A model generated the notes under the pieces. The model saw nothing but the letters and a program-made list of their open reading frames with translations, was not told where the DNA came from and made no database searches. Below, piece after piece: positions 7,616-15,928 of a stretch of DNA of 32,000 bases. Positions within the stretch are counted from its first letter, which is position 1, and each line of letters opens with the position of its first letter. Made by a program: the position numbers and the translations under genes. The DNA comes from Thermodesulfobacteriota bacterium (GTDB taxonomy: Bacteria > Desulfobacterota > WTBG01 > JAGOGO01): positions 3,268,547-3,300,546 of the forward strand of contig CP113000.1 in the NCBI GenBank assembly GCA_026625185.1. Reading direction: 5' to 3'.

Positions 7616-8209
7616 ATGATTGCGGAGGCTTTAAACCGCTTAGTGCGAGAGCTAACCAAGCTTCCAAGCATCGGAGAAAAGACAGCCTTGAGGATGGCTT
7701 TTCATATTATCTCACTGCCAAGGTCAGAGGCTCAGTCTTTAGCCCAAAGCATTATCGAGATAAAAGAAAAAGTAACTCTTTGTTCAGTCTGTTTTAATAT
7801 AACTGATTGTAATCCTTGCTCTATTTGCGAAAGCGACCGGAGCAACTCAGACACCATTTGTGTTGTTGAATCCCCGGCACACCTCGCGGCCTTTGAGCGC
7901 ACCGGACAATTCAAAGGAATCTATCATGTGCTCCAGGGAGTAATCTCCCCTTTACGCAACACCTCACCTGATGATTTGAAAATAAAAGAACTGGTAACTC
8001 GCCTTCAACAGGGTAAAGTCAAAGAAGTAATCTTAGCCATGAACCCAACCCGAGAAGGTGAAACCACGGCAATCTACTTAGCTAATATAATAAAACCACT
8101 TTCGCTAAAAGTAACGCGGATTGCCCAGGGAATTCCTAGGGGCGGAGAAATCGAATACCTTGATGAATCAACCTTAAAATCTTCTCTCGAAGGCCGGAGA
8201 GAACTTTAG
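7616..8209 (+). CDS. recR: Recombination protein RecR
   Basis: 197 aa. It has an N-terminal HhH (LPSIGEKTALRMAF), a Cys4 zinc finger (CSVCFNITDCNPCSIC) and a Toprim domain. Confidence 0.9.
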   Translation: MIAEALNRLVRELTKLPSIGEKTALRMAFHIISLPRSEAQSLAQSIIEIKEKVTLCSVCFNITDCNPCSICESDRSNSDTICVVESPAHLAAFERTGQFKGIYHVLQGVISPLRNTSPDDLKIKELVTRLQQGKVKEVILAMNPTREGETTAIYLANIIKPLSLKVTRIAQGIPRGGEIEYLDESTLKSSLEGRREL

Positions 8210-8239
8210 CTCTTACCTTAAAATTTTTTTAAGAAATTC

Positions 8240-8269
8240 TTGACAAATAATAAAAAAATAAGTTATTAA
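8240..8269 (+). promoter_or_regulatory. Candidate sigma70-type promoter for the por cluster
   Basis: A perfect TTGACA at 8240-8245, an 18-nt spacer, then TATTAA at 8264-8269, about 40 nt upstream of porG. Confidence 0.35.
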
Positions 8270-8307
8270 AAATCCCTTTCATGACAATTATTTTAGGAGC
8301 TTGAAAT

Positions 8308-8874
8308 ATGATTGAAATTCGGTTACATGGCCGAGGCGGACAAGGAGCAGTAACCTCTGCTGAATTATTAGCATTGGCAGCTATAAGTCAGGGGAAATAT
8401 GCTCAGGCTTTCCCAAGTTTTGGACCCGAGAGACGAGGCGCTCCGGTAGTCGCCTTTTGCCGCATTGATGATAAACCAATCCGAATCCGGGCTAATATTT
8501 ATCATCCAGACTTAGTCTTGGTTCTCGACCCCTCTATCCTCAGACTCGTCAAGGTGACCGCCGGGTTAAAGGAGGATGGGTTTTTGGTGGCGAACACCAA
8601 ATACTCCGGAGAGGAAATCAGAAAAGAACTCGGGATAAAACATGCTCTCGCCACGGTAAATGCCACTAAAATCGCGATGGAAGAACTGGGCCTCCCGATA
8701 GCGAACACCACCATGCTCGGTTCTTTGCTGAGAGCAAAAGAAGTAGTACCCCTTGAGACGCTGATTGATCCTCTCAAAAAGAGGTTTGGCCGGATTGCGG
8801 AAAAAAATATCAAAGCTTGTAAAAGAGCTTTTGAAGAAACTTCAGTAATAAAGCAAGAAGGAGAAAAACGTTGA
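8308..8874 (+). CDS. porG: 2-oxoacid (pyruvate-type):ferredoxin oxidoreductase, gamma subunit
   Basis: 188 aa. The N-terminus IRLHGRGGQGAVTSAELLA is typical of POR/VOR gamma subunits. It is the first gene of a G-D-A-B string. Confidence 0.85.
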   Translation: MIEIRLHGRGGQGAVTSAELLALAAISQGKYAQAFPSFGPERRGAPVVAFCRIDDKPIRIRANIYHPDLVLVLDPSILRLVKVTAGLKEDGFLVANTKYSGEEIRKELGIKHALATVNATKIAMEELGLPIANTTMLGSLLRAKEVVPLETLIDPLKKRFGRIAEKNIKACKRAFEETSVIKQEGEKR

Positions 8875-9164
8875 TAAAGTCAGAAGAAGAGCTTACGTGG
8901 AAAGATCTGGAGGTTGGCTGCGTAGTAAGTGATGCCGGTAATGCCCGCCAGTATAAAACCGGAGACTGGCGATCTTTGCGGCCGATTTGCGATAAAACGA
9001 AATGCATTAAATGCGGAGTTTGTTATATCTTTTGTCCGGATATGGCTATCCAAAAAACTGAGGAAGGATATTTTGAGGCTGACCTCTACTATTGCAAAGG
9101 GTGCGGAATCTGTGCCCAGGAATGTATCACGAGCTGTATAACCATGGTAGAGGAGGAAGAATAA
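8871..9164 (+). CDS. porD: 2-oxoacid:ferredoxin oxidoreductase, delta subunit (2x[4Fe-4S] ferredoxin-like)
   Basis: 97 aa with two Cys clusters, CIKCGVCYIFCP and CKGCGICAQEC. A TTG start overlaps the porG stop codon. Confidence 0.8.
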   Translation: MIKSEEELTWKDLEVGCVVSDAGNARQYKTGDWRSLRPICDKTKCIKCGVCYIFCPDMAIQKTEEGYFEADLYYCKGCGICAQECITSCITMVEEEE

Positions 9165-10342
9165 TGGGCGAACGAGTTGGAATCGAAGTATCTTTAGCAG
9201 CATCTGAGGCAGTCAAAATGGCCAATGTGGATGTGGTGGCCGCCTATCCCATCACACCCCAGACCCATATTGTGGAGCACCTCTCTGAGCTGGTAGCTGA
9301 CGGAGAGCTTGATGCGGAATTTATTCCCGTGGAATCCGAACATTCCGCCATGAGCGTGTGCTGCGGATCATCCGCAGTCGGAGCAAGGACATTTACCTGC
9401 ACCAGCTCGCAAGGACTCGCCCTCATGAATGAAATTGTTTTTATTGCTGCTTCCTTACGGCTTCCCATTGTTATGCTTTTAGCCAACCGTTCTCTTTCCG
9501 GCCCCCTCAGTATCTGGAACGACCACAGTGATGTTATGTCAATTCGTGACTGCGGTTGGATTCAGGTGTTTGCGGAAAACGGCCAAGAAGTTTTTGACCA
9601 TGTTTTATTTGCTTTTCGGGTAGCTGAGGATGCAAAGGTATCTCTTCCGGTTATCGTTAACATTGATGGTTTTGTTCTCACCCACATGATCGAGCCTTTG
9701 GAATTCTGGGATGAAGCTACCGTGAAAAAATACCTTCCGGATTTCAAACCAGTCAATCAACTCCATCCCGACAAACCAATAACCATGGGGGCTTTTGGGA
9801 TGCCGATTATTTTTACTGAGGCAAAAAAGGCTCAAGATGAGGCCCTTATTAAAGCGAAGACCGAAATCCTTAAAGCCTGGGAGGAAATGGGTGATCTTGT
9901 AGGAAGACATTATCAGCCGGTGGAAACCAGCCACCTTGAAGGAGCAGACACTGTCTTCTTAACCCTGGGTAGCATCGGAGAAACGGTTTCCCTCGCGGTA
10001 AATGAACTTCGATCCCGGGGAAAAGCCGTTGGCCAAGTTAAGTTGAGACTCTGGCGGCCATTCCCCTTTGAAGAATTCCGGCAAGCGGTTAAAGGGGTTA
10101 AACGGATTATAGTGATCGATCGGGCGATCTCTTATGGTGGACCAGGGGGACCAGTGGCGAGCGAAATCCGGGCTGCCCTTTACAAAGAACGAACAATGCC
10201 GGTAATCACGAATTTCATTTGTGGATTAGCGGGACGCGATGTAACTCCCGACGACTATTTTAAAATGTACGAAAAAACCGAAAAAATGACCAAAAAGAAA
10301 GTGCGCGAAGAAGACTATATCATTTATGGCGTGAGGGAATAA
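9164..10342 (+). CDS. porA: 2-oxoacid:ferredoxin oxidoreductase, alpha subunit
   Basis: I place the start at the ATG at 9164 (MGERVGIEV), which overlaps the porD stop as TAATG. The ORF-track start at 9092 lies inside porD. The pattern AAYPITPQT...ESEHSA is typical of alpha subunits. Confidence 0.85.
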   Translation: MGERVGIEVSLAASEAVKMANVDVVAAYPITPQTHIVEHLSELVADGELDAEFIPVESEHSAMSVCCGSSAVGARTFTCTSSQGLALMNEIVFIAASLRLPIVMLLANRSLSGPLSIWNDHSDVMSIRDCGWIQVFAENGQEVFDHVLFAFRVAEDAKVSLPVIVNIDGFVLTHMIEPLEFWDEATVKKYLPDFKPVNQLHPDKPITMGAFGMPIIFTEAKKAQDEALIKAKTEILKAWEEMGDLVGRHYQPVETSHLEGADTVFLTLGSIGETVSLAVNELRSRGKAVGQVKLRLWRPFPFEEFRQAVKGVKRIIVIDRAISYGGPGGPVASEIRAALYKERTMPVITNFICGLAGRDVTPDDYFKMYEKTEKMTKKKVREEDYIIYGVRE

Positions 10343-11265
10343 TGGAACTATTAAATGTTTATGCCAGCCGGCTTATAACTAAAAAAGAATACTTTACTCC
10401 TGGCCACCGGGCTTGTCAGGGATGTGCCGAGGCATTAGCCGTAAGGCTGGTAGCTAAGGCTTTGGGTAAAAATGTTGTGGTTGCCAGCGCTACTGGCTGC
10501 ATGGAAATCGTTTCCTCCCCTTTGCCGTTCACCAACTGGGGGGTACCGTGGATCCATGTGGCCTTTGAAAACGCAGCGGCAGTAGCAAGCGGCGCTGAGG
10601 CTGGAACCAAAGCGCTTATCCGGAAAGGGAAACTCAGGGATAAAGGCACCGTATTTCTCGGCATGGGTGGCGATGGAGCAACCTCCGACATTGGGCTTCA
10701 AGCATTATCCGGCGCTCTTGAGCGAGGGCATAATTTTCTCTATGTCTGTTACGATAATGAAGCGTACATGAATACCGGTATCCAGCGTTCATCCGCGACT
10801 CCTTTTGGGGCCGCAACCACAACCTCTCCAGCCGGAAATTTAAAACCGGGTCAGGTCACGTGGAAGAAAAACATGCCGGAAATTGCGGTTGCCCATAACA
10901 TCCCGTATGTTGCCACAGCGTGTTCAAGCTACCCGTTTGATCTAATCAAAAAGGTGGAAAAAGCGGCCCGTATTCAAGGTCCCGCGTATGTTCATGTTCT
11001 CTCAATTTGTCCTACCGGATGGCGTCTTCCTACGGATAAGGCGATCTGGATTGGCCGACTGGCAGTTGAAACCGGGGTATTTCCCCTGTATGAAGTTGAA
11101 CATGGGAAATACCGGCTCACCCTGGATGTGGGAGAACTGAGACCAGTAAAAGAGTATTTAAAGCCACAAGGACGGTTTCGCCATTTGACAGATGAACTCG
11201 TTGAGGAAATTCAGAAAAGAGTGACAGAAGAATATTATAAACTCAAAATAAAAACCACGCTCTAA
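10342..11265 (+). CDS. porB: 2-oxoacid:ferredoxin oxidoreductase, beta subunit (TPP-binding)
   Basis: 307 aa. It has the Cys ligands CQGC...GC and the TPP motif GMGGDGATSDIG...YDNEAYMNTG. A TAATG overlap links it to porA. Confidence 0.85.
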   Translation: MELLNVYASRLITKKEYFTPGHRACQGCAEALAVRLVAKALGKNVVVASATGCMEIVSSPLPFTNWGVPWIHVAFENAAAVASGAEAGTKALIRKGKLRDKGTVFLGMGGDGATSDIGLQALSGALERGHNFLYVCYDNEAYMNTGIQRSSATPFGAATTTSPAGNLKPGQVTWKKNMPEIAVAHNIPYVATACSSYPFDLIKKVEKAARIQGPAYVHVLSICPTGWRLPTDKAIWIGRLAVETGVFPLYEVEHGKYRLTLDVGELRPVKEYLKPQGRFRHLTDELVEEIQKRVTEEYYKLKIKTTL

Positions 11266-11350
11266 GATAAGGGATGGGGCTCCCGGAAAATCGGGACTCT
11301 TTCTCCAGGCGTTCGAATTCCATTTAAAGAAATTCTTTTAAGGAAAAAGT

Positions 11351-11827
11351 ATGGAAGCAAATGTAAAAGAAATCATTAAGCGGTATGGAGAGGATAAAAG
11401 CTTCTTGGTTCCCATTCTCCAGGATGTGCAGAAGCGTTTCAATTACCTTCCCAAGGAAGCCCTTAACAACGTAAGCACGTTACTTGGCGTCCCGATAAGC
11501 CAAATCTATCATGTGGCAACGTTTTATAAAGCCTTTAGTTTAACCCCCAGGGGAAAACACCAATTCAGCCTTTGTCTTGGAACTGCCTGTCATGTGCGCA
11601 ATGCCCCCCTTATTAAAGAACACCTTGAAAGGAATCTATATATTAAGGCAGGTGAAACCACCTCGGATTTAAAGTTTACTTTCGAGACCGTTAACTGCTT
11701 AGGTGCTTGTGCCCTTGGACCCATTATGGTTGTCGATGGAGAGTACCATGGACAGATGACCATCGCGAAGACCAATAAGATACTGAAAAATATAGAAAAG
11801 AAGGTAGTGGCCGATGAAGAAGATTAA
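11351..11827 (+). CDS. NuoE/HydC/HoxE-like [2Fe-2S] thioredoxin-fold subunit
   Basis: 158 aa. The Cys pattern CLGTACHV...CLGACALGP is typical of the 24-kDa NuoE family. Confidence 0.85.
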   Translation: MEANVKEIIKRYGEDKSFLVPILQDVQKRFNYLPKEALNNVSTLLGVPISQIYHVATFYKAFSLTPRGKHQFSLCLGTACHVRNAPLIKEHLERNLYIKAGETTSDLKFTFETVNCLGACALGPIMVVDGEYHGQMTIAKTNKILKNIEKKVVADEED

Positions 11828-13667
11828 ATCACCTCAAGAACTTGAAATTTTTCGCAGGGAGATCGTATCAAAAAGAGATCCTCATAAGCCATGCATTGCA
11901 ATATGTGCAGGCACCGGATGTCTTGCCCTCCAATCAGATAAAATAATTGATTCCTTCAAAGAGGAAATTCAAAAGCAGGGACTGCAAGAGAAAGTAGACT
12001 TACGAGAAACAGGCTGCCCAGGTTTCTGCGAAAAAGGGCCTATTGTCGTTATTTATCCCGAAGAGATCACCTACCTACGGGTAAAGATGGAAGACGTTTC
12101 CGAAATTATAGCAAAAAGCGTCACTGGCCAGGAAATTATCGAACGGCTGGTTTATGCGGATCCTGCCAGCGGTAATAAAGTTATCAAAGATTCAGAAATA
12201 ACTTTTTATAAAAAGCAAAAAAGATTTCTCATTGGAAACAATATCTTAATTGATCCAAGAAATATCGAGGATTATTTTGCGCTCAACGGTTATTCAGCGC
12301 TATCTAAGGTTTTATTCCAGATGAGCCCTGAAAAGGTGATTGAAGAGATAATCAAATCAAAACTCAGAGGAAGGGGCGGCGGCGGCTTCCCAACCGGATG
12401 GAAATGGGATGCTACCCGAAAGGCAGTCGGTAATCCTAAATACGTTATCTGTAATGCTGATGAAGGTGATCCTGGGGCTTTTATGGATCGAGCGCTTTTA
12501 GAGGGAAACCCACATTCGGTTTTAGAAGGCATGATCATAGGCGCTTATGCTATCGGATCCGAGCATGGTTATATTTACGTAAGAAATGAATATCCCCTGG
12601 CAGTGGAAAATGCCACAATTGCAATTGAGAAGGCGCGGGAGCTCGGCTTGTTAGGAGAAAAAATCTTGGGAAGTAGTTTTAGCTTTGACATTAAGATTAA
12701 TCGCGGCGGCGGCGCTTTTGTATGCGGGGAGTCTTCCGCACTTTTTGCTTCCATTGAGGGACGTCCGGGTGAGCCCAGGGCAAAATATGTTCACGCCACT
12801 GATCGGGGCCTTTACGACAAACCCACAAACCTCAATAACGTTGAAACCTGGGCGAATGTACCTCTGATTATTAATAAAGGAGCGGATTGGTACCAAAGCA
12901 TTGGCACGGAAAACAGTAAAGGAACTAAAATTTTTTCCTTAGTCGGCAAGATCAATAATACCGGCTTGGTAGAAGTTCCCATGGGTATAACCTTGAGAGA
13001 GATTGTTTTTGAGATCGGCGGAGGAATCCCCAAAGGAAGAAAATTCAAAGCGGTGCAAACCGGAGGTCCATCAGGGGGATGCATTCCGGAGCAGTTTTTG
13101 GATATGCCGGTAGACTTTGATGAGCTTTCCAAAATCGGGTCGATGATGGGCTCAGGCGGCATGATCGTCATGGATGACCGAAACTGTGTTGTGGACGTGG
13201 CAAAATACTTTCTTAACTTCCTTGAAGAAGAATCATGCGGAAAATGCACGCCTTGCAGAGAAGGAGTGCTTCAGATGCGTCTAATTCTTGACCGGATTAC
13301 TGAAGGAAATGGCAAAGAAGAAGACTTAGATACGCTTGAGTGGATGGGAAGGGCCATTATTGATGGATCTCTCTGCGCTTTGGGAGGGAGTGCTCCCAAT
13401 CCGGTACTAAGCACCATTCGTTATTTCCGGGAAGAGTATGAAGCCCATATTAAGGATAAGAAATGTCCCGCGGGTGTCTGTAAAGCCCTGATCAATTATT
13501 CCATTGATGCTGAAGCATGCACCGGCTGCGGCGTTTGTGCTCGAATCTGCCCCACGAAAGCAGCGACTGGAGAGAAAAAACAAGTTCACGCCATTGACTT
13601 AGAGAAATGTATCAAGTGTGGGGCGTGTTTTGAATCCTGCAAACTTGACGCCATTAAGGTTGCTTAG
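11814..13667 (+). CDS. NuoF/HydB-like NAD(P)H-binding FMN flavoprotein with extra Fe-S domains
   Basis: 617 aa. It has an N-terminal thioredoxin-like 2Fe-2S domain (CAGTGC...GCPGFCEKGP), the FMN motif GRGGGGFPTG and the 4Fe-4S motif ESCGKCTPCREG. The C-terminus carries two ferredoxin motifs, CTGCGVCARICP and CIKCGACFESC. It overlaps the preceding gene by 14 nt. Confidence 0.85.
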   Translation: MKKIKSPQELEIFRREIVSKRDPHKPCIAICAGTGCLALQSDKIIDSFKEEIQKQGLQEKVDLRETGCPGFCEKGPIVVIYPEEITYLRVKMEDVSEIIAKSVTGQEIIERLVYADPASGNKVIKDSEITFYKKQKRFLIGNNILIDPRNIEDYFALNGYSALSKVLFQMSPEKVIEEIIKSKLRGRGGGGFPTGWKWDATRKAVGNPKYVICNADEGDPGAFMDRALLEGNPHSVLEGMIIGAYAIGSEHGYIYVRNEYPLAVENATIAIEKARELGLLGEKILGSSFSFDIKINRGGGAFVCGESSALFASIEGRPGEPRAKYVHATDRGLYDKPTNLNNVETWANVPLIINKGADWYQSIGTENSKGTKIFSLVGKINNTGLVEVPMGITLREIVFEIGGGIPKGRKFKAVQTGGPSGGCIPEQFLDMPVDFDELSKIGSMMGSGGMIVMDDRNCVVDVAKYFLNFLEEESCGKCTPCREGVLQMRLILDRITEGNGKEEDLDTLEWMGRAIIDGSLCALGGSAPNPVLSTIRYFREEYEAHIKDKKCPAGVCKALINYSIDAEACTGCGVCARICPTKAATGEKKQVHAIDLEKCIKCGACFESCKLDAIKVA

Positions 13668-13712
13668 TAACACGAACATTAAATATGAAACGAAATAATA
13701 GAGGAGTAAGCA

Positions 13713-14426
13713 ATGCCGGAATTGGTCACCTTAAAAATAGACGGCCGAGAGATAACCGCATCAGAGAGAAACACCATTCTGGAAGCGGCGCGCGATGCTA
13801 ATATCTATATTCCAAACCTTTGTAGCAATGAAGAACTAACTCCTTACGGCGCCTGCCGACTCTGTATGGTAGAAATAGTCCACGGAAAGAAAACCCGTTT
13901 GGTTACTTCTTGTAACTATGAAGTAACAGAAGGTTTAGAAGTTAAAACGAATACGGAGAGAGTGTTGCGAGTACGAAGGCTGGTAATTGAACTCTTGTTA
14001 ACGCGCAATCCGAAGCACCCAGCCTTAAGGAAGATAGCTGATGAACTGGGCGTGGTGGAGACCCGTTTTGGTATCGACTTCAAGGGATGTATTATGTGCG
14101 GTCAATGTGTCCGAACCTGCCGTGAAGTGGTGGGAGTCTCAGCTATTGGTTTTAAAAGCCGGGGTCATACTCGAAAAGTAGCCACTCCTTTTGATGAGTC
14201 TCCTCCTGACTGTATTGCCTGTGGTTCTTGTTCCTATATCTGCCCGGTTCAGGTTATTCCCATGGAGGATAAAAACGGGGTAAGGAAGATCTGGAAAACC
14301 GACTTCCCCTTGCAAAAATGCGCGCAGTGTGGCCGATATTTCGCGCCGATTAAACAGCTTGAATATTTTCAAAAACTTGTTAACCTTCCTGAAGACCACT
14401 TTAACAAATGCAAAAACTGCCGGTAA
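13713..14426 (+). CDS. NuoG/HydA N-terminal-like Fe-S protein (2Fe-2S plus 4Fe-4S clusters) with no catalytic domain
   Basis: 237 aa. It has a plant-type 2Fe-2S region (LKIDGREI...CRLCMVEI), then CIMCGQCVRTC and CIACGSCSYICP, and ends in a CxxC...CxxC pair (CAQCG...CKNC). No H-cluster or molybdopterin domain follows. Confidence 0.8.
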   Translation: MPELVTLKIDGREITASERNTILEAARDANIYIPNLCSNEELTPYGACRLCMVEIVHGKKTRLVTSCNYEVTEGLEVKTNTERVLRVRRLVIELLLTRNPKHPALRKIADELGVVETRFGIDFKGCIMCGQCVRTCREVVGVSAIGFKSRGHTRKVATPFDESPPDCIACGSCSYICPVQVIPMEDKNGVRKIWKTDFPLQKCAQCGRYFAPIKQLEYFQKLVNLPEDHFNKCKNCR

Positions 14427-14514
14427 ATTTGACAAATGCACCTTAAATAGGTTAAAAATATTTTATTCTGAATTTTGTCTTTTGATTCCTGACTTCTGAT
14501 TTCGCATAGACTTT

Positions 14515-14574
14515 TCCACGGTAGCCCAGTCGGCAGAATCCCGCGGCCGCGGGATTAACCACTTGGTTGCTTGG
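14515..14574 (+). pseudogene. Truncated, rearranged tRNA-Asn copy
   Basis: TCCACGGTAGCCCAGTCGGCAGA matches the 5' third of the downstream tRNA-Asn with 2 mismatches, and TAACCACTTGGT is identical. The anticodon-arm 5' strand is replaced by the palindrome ATCCCGCGGCCGCGGGAT (14538-14555). The T arm is missing. Confidence 0.6.
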
Positions 14575-14591
14575 AAAAAAAAAATCTAAAT

Positions 14592-14664
14592 TCCCCGGTA
14601 GCTCAGTCGGCAGAGCGGGTGGCTGTTAACCACTTGGTCGGCGGTTCGAATCCGTCCCGGGGAG
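14592..14664 (+). tRNA. tRNA-Asn (anticodon GTT)
   Basis: Acceptor stem TCCCCGG/CCGGGGA. D loop AGCTCAGTCGGCAGAGC. Anticodon loop CTGTTAA. T arm GGCGGTTCGAATCCGTC. Total length 73 nt. Confidence 0.9.
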
Positions 14665-14675
14665 CTAAGAATTTC

Positions 14676-14710
14676 AAGGGGTTAGTAAATTTACTGACCC
14701 TTTATTTTTT
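14676..14710 (+). terminator. Rho-independent terminator after tRNA-Asn
   Basis: The hairpin GGGTTAGTAA/TTACTGACCC includes one G-U pair and is followed by TTTATTTTTT. Confidence 0.6.
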
Positions 14711-14847
14711 GAAATTTGTTAGGTTTTTGTAAGGCAGATTTCCCCTCTAACGTTGTCGGGTTTAATAGAATCGGCCACAAATTGTAACAAAAACTTTGAC
14801 AACTTAATTGAATTGGGCACAAATTCCCGAGCGGTTTTTTAGGCAAC

Positions 14848-14893
14848 ACAAAACCTGTCTGATTTTTTACCTCAAAATCAGCAGGTTTTTTTA
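14848..14893. terminator. A/T-flanked hairpin, a possible bidirectional terminator
   Basis: AAAACCTGTCTGATTTT pairs with AAAATCAGCAGGTTTT (one bulged base) and is followed by a T-run. Read on the minus strand, it lies downstream of the decayed methylase gene. Confidence 0.45.
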
Positions 14894-14970
14894 TCCCCAA
14901 ATTTACGGCCCTCAACGTTTTAAACCCAATAAAACAATATGCTTAACCGTGCATAAAATTCTCACTTTCT

Positions 14971-15731
14971 CTAAAAATTACAGACCAGCAATTATTTTGC
15001 TTCGCGGTGTCTACCCTCTCGATTTGCCCTATCTTTAAGAGAGAACGGAGTAATTTTAAACTCATTAAATATTTTTCGGAGCTCCGTTGCATCATTAATA
15101 CTGAGAATAAATTTCCCCATAATTTTCCCCAAAATTTCAGCTACTCCTGGTAGTCAGGTAACTCCATGTTATAACGGTAAACTGGGTCTTCCATTATGGC
15201 GGATCAAGATAAAAAAATGTCTTATCACGATCATAGAGGGTAACAAACTTCTGCCAGGATAAATTTTTAATAATAACTCTGGTCAAACGAAGATGCACTT
15301 CGGACAATTCTTCTTCCATTCTCAGTAAATTAACTCTGAGACAACGGTCAAGGGTGGCCGCAAAATTTCTTGTGCGCACCATTCCCGGAATATGCTTGGC
15401 GTTGCAGATAATAATAACTGGCGGCTCGTTGAATATCCGTTAAGCCTCCAGCGCCTTGCTGCCGTTTATAGTCTTCAAAATATTCACGTGACGATAATAC
15501 CCATTTAAATTGCTTCAAAAATTCTTCCAGGGGATTTTGAAGAACTCTATAAAAACAAATCAGATCACGGTCGAGATCGCTGATAATCTAAATTTTTGAC
15601 TCATCCTTACGAAAAAACATCCAGGCCGCGCCTGCCATAACTTCACAGTAGGTTTCATGCGGTGGTATCATTTTAATAATAATTGGAGATAATTTACTTT
15701 TACCACCGATATACGCTAACGGACTGTCCAT
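14971..15731 (-). pseudogene. Decayed Dam-type (D12 class) N6-adenine DNA methyltransferase
   Basis: A GGAGGT RBS precedes an ATG at 15731, giving MDSPLAYIGGKSKL...EVMAGAAWMFF and then an in-frame TAG. Downstream fragments appear in other frames: DLICFYRVL, TFFYLDPP followed by TAA where the Y of DPPY is expected, GKFILSINDATELRKIF, and ...AK-TAA-LLVCNF. There are at least 3 nonsense codons and 2 or more frameshifts over about 760 nt. Confidence 0.8.
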
Positions 15732-15928
15732 TGGGCACCTCCTTGCACCAAAAAATAACTTATGTTATTATGCGATCACCTTTGTTTCCCAATTGGGGGG
15801 CGAAAAGTTAAACTAATCAGATTTGATTAAGTTTTTTTTAAAAATTGCAAGTTGAATCATCGTTACAAAAAACCTGGCGATTTTTGAATACCAGAGAATT
15901 TATTGATTCATTTTTAAAGGAGGAAAAG

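Noticed and set aside
12812-13249. Long antisense or overlapping ORFs, for example 12812-13249 (-), 18526-18960 (-), 17523-17918 (-), 8502-8813 (-), 8880-9203 (-), 342-566 (-) and 26542-26913 (+).
   Set aside because: They are shadow ORFs opposite or overlapping strongly supported genes. Their composition is low-complexity or biased, and no motifs are present.
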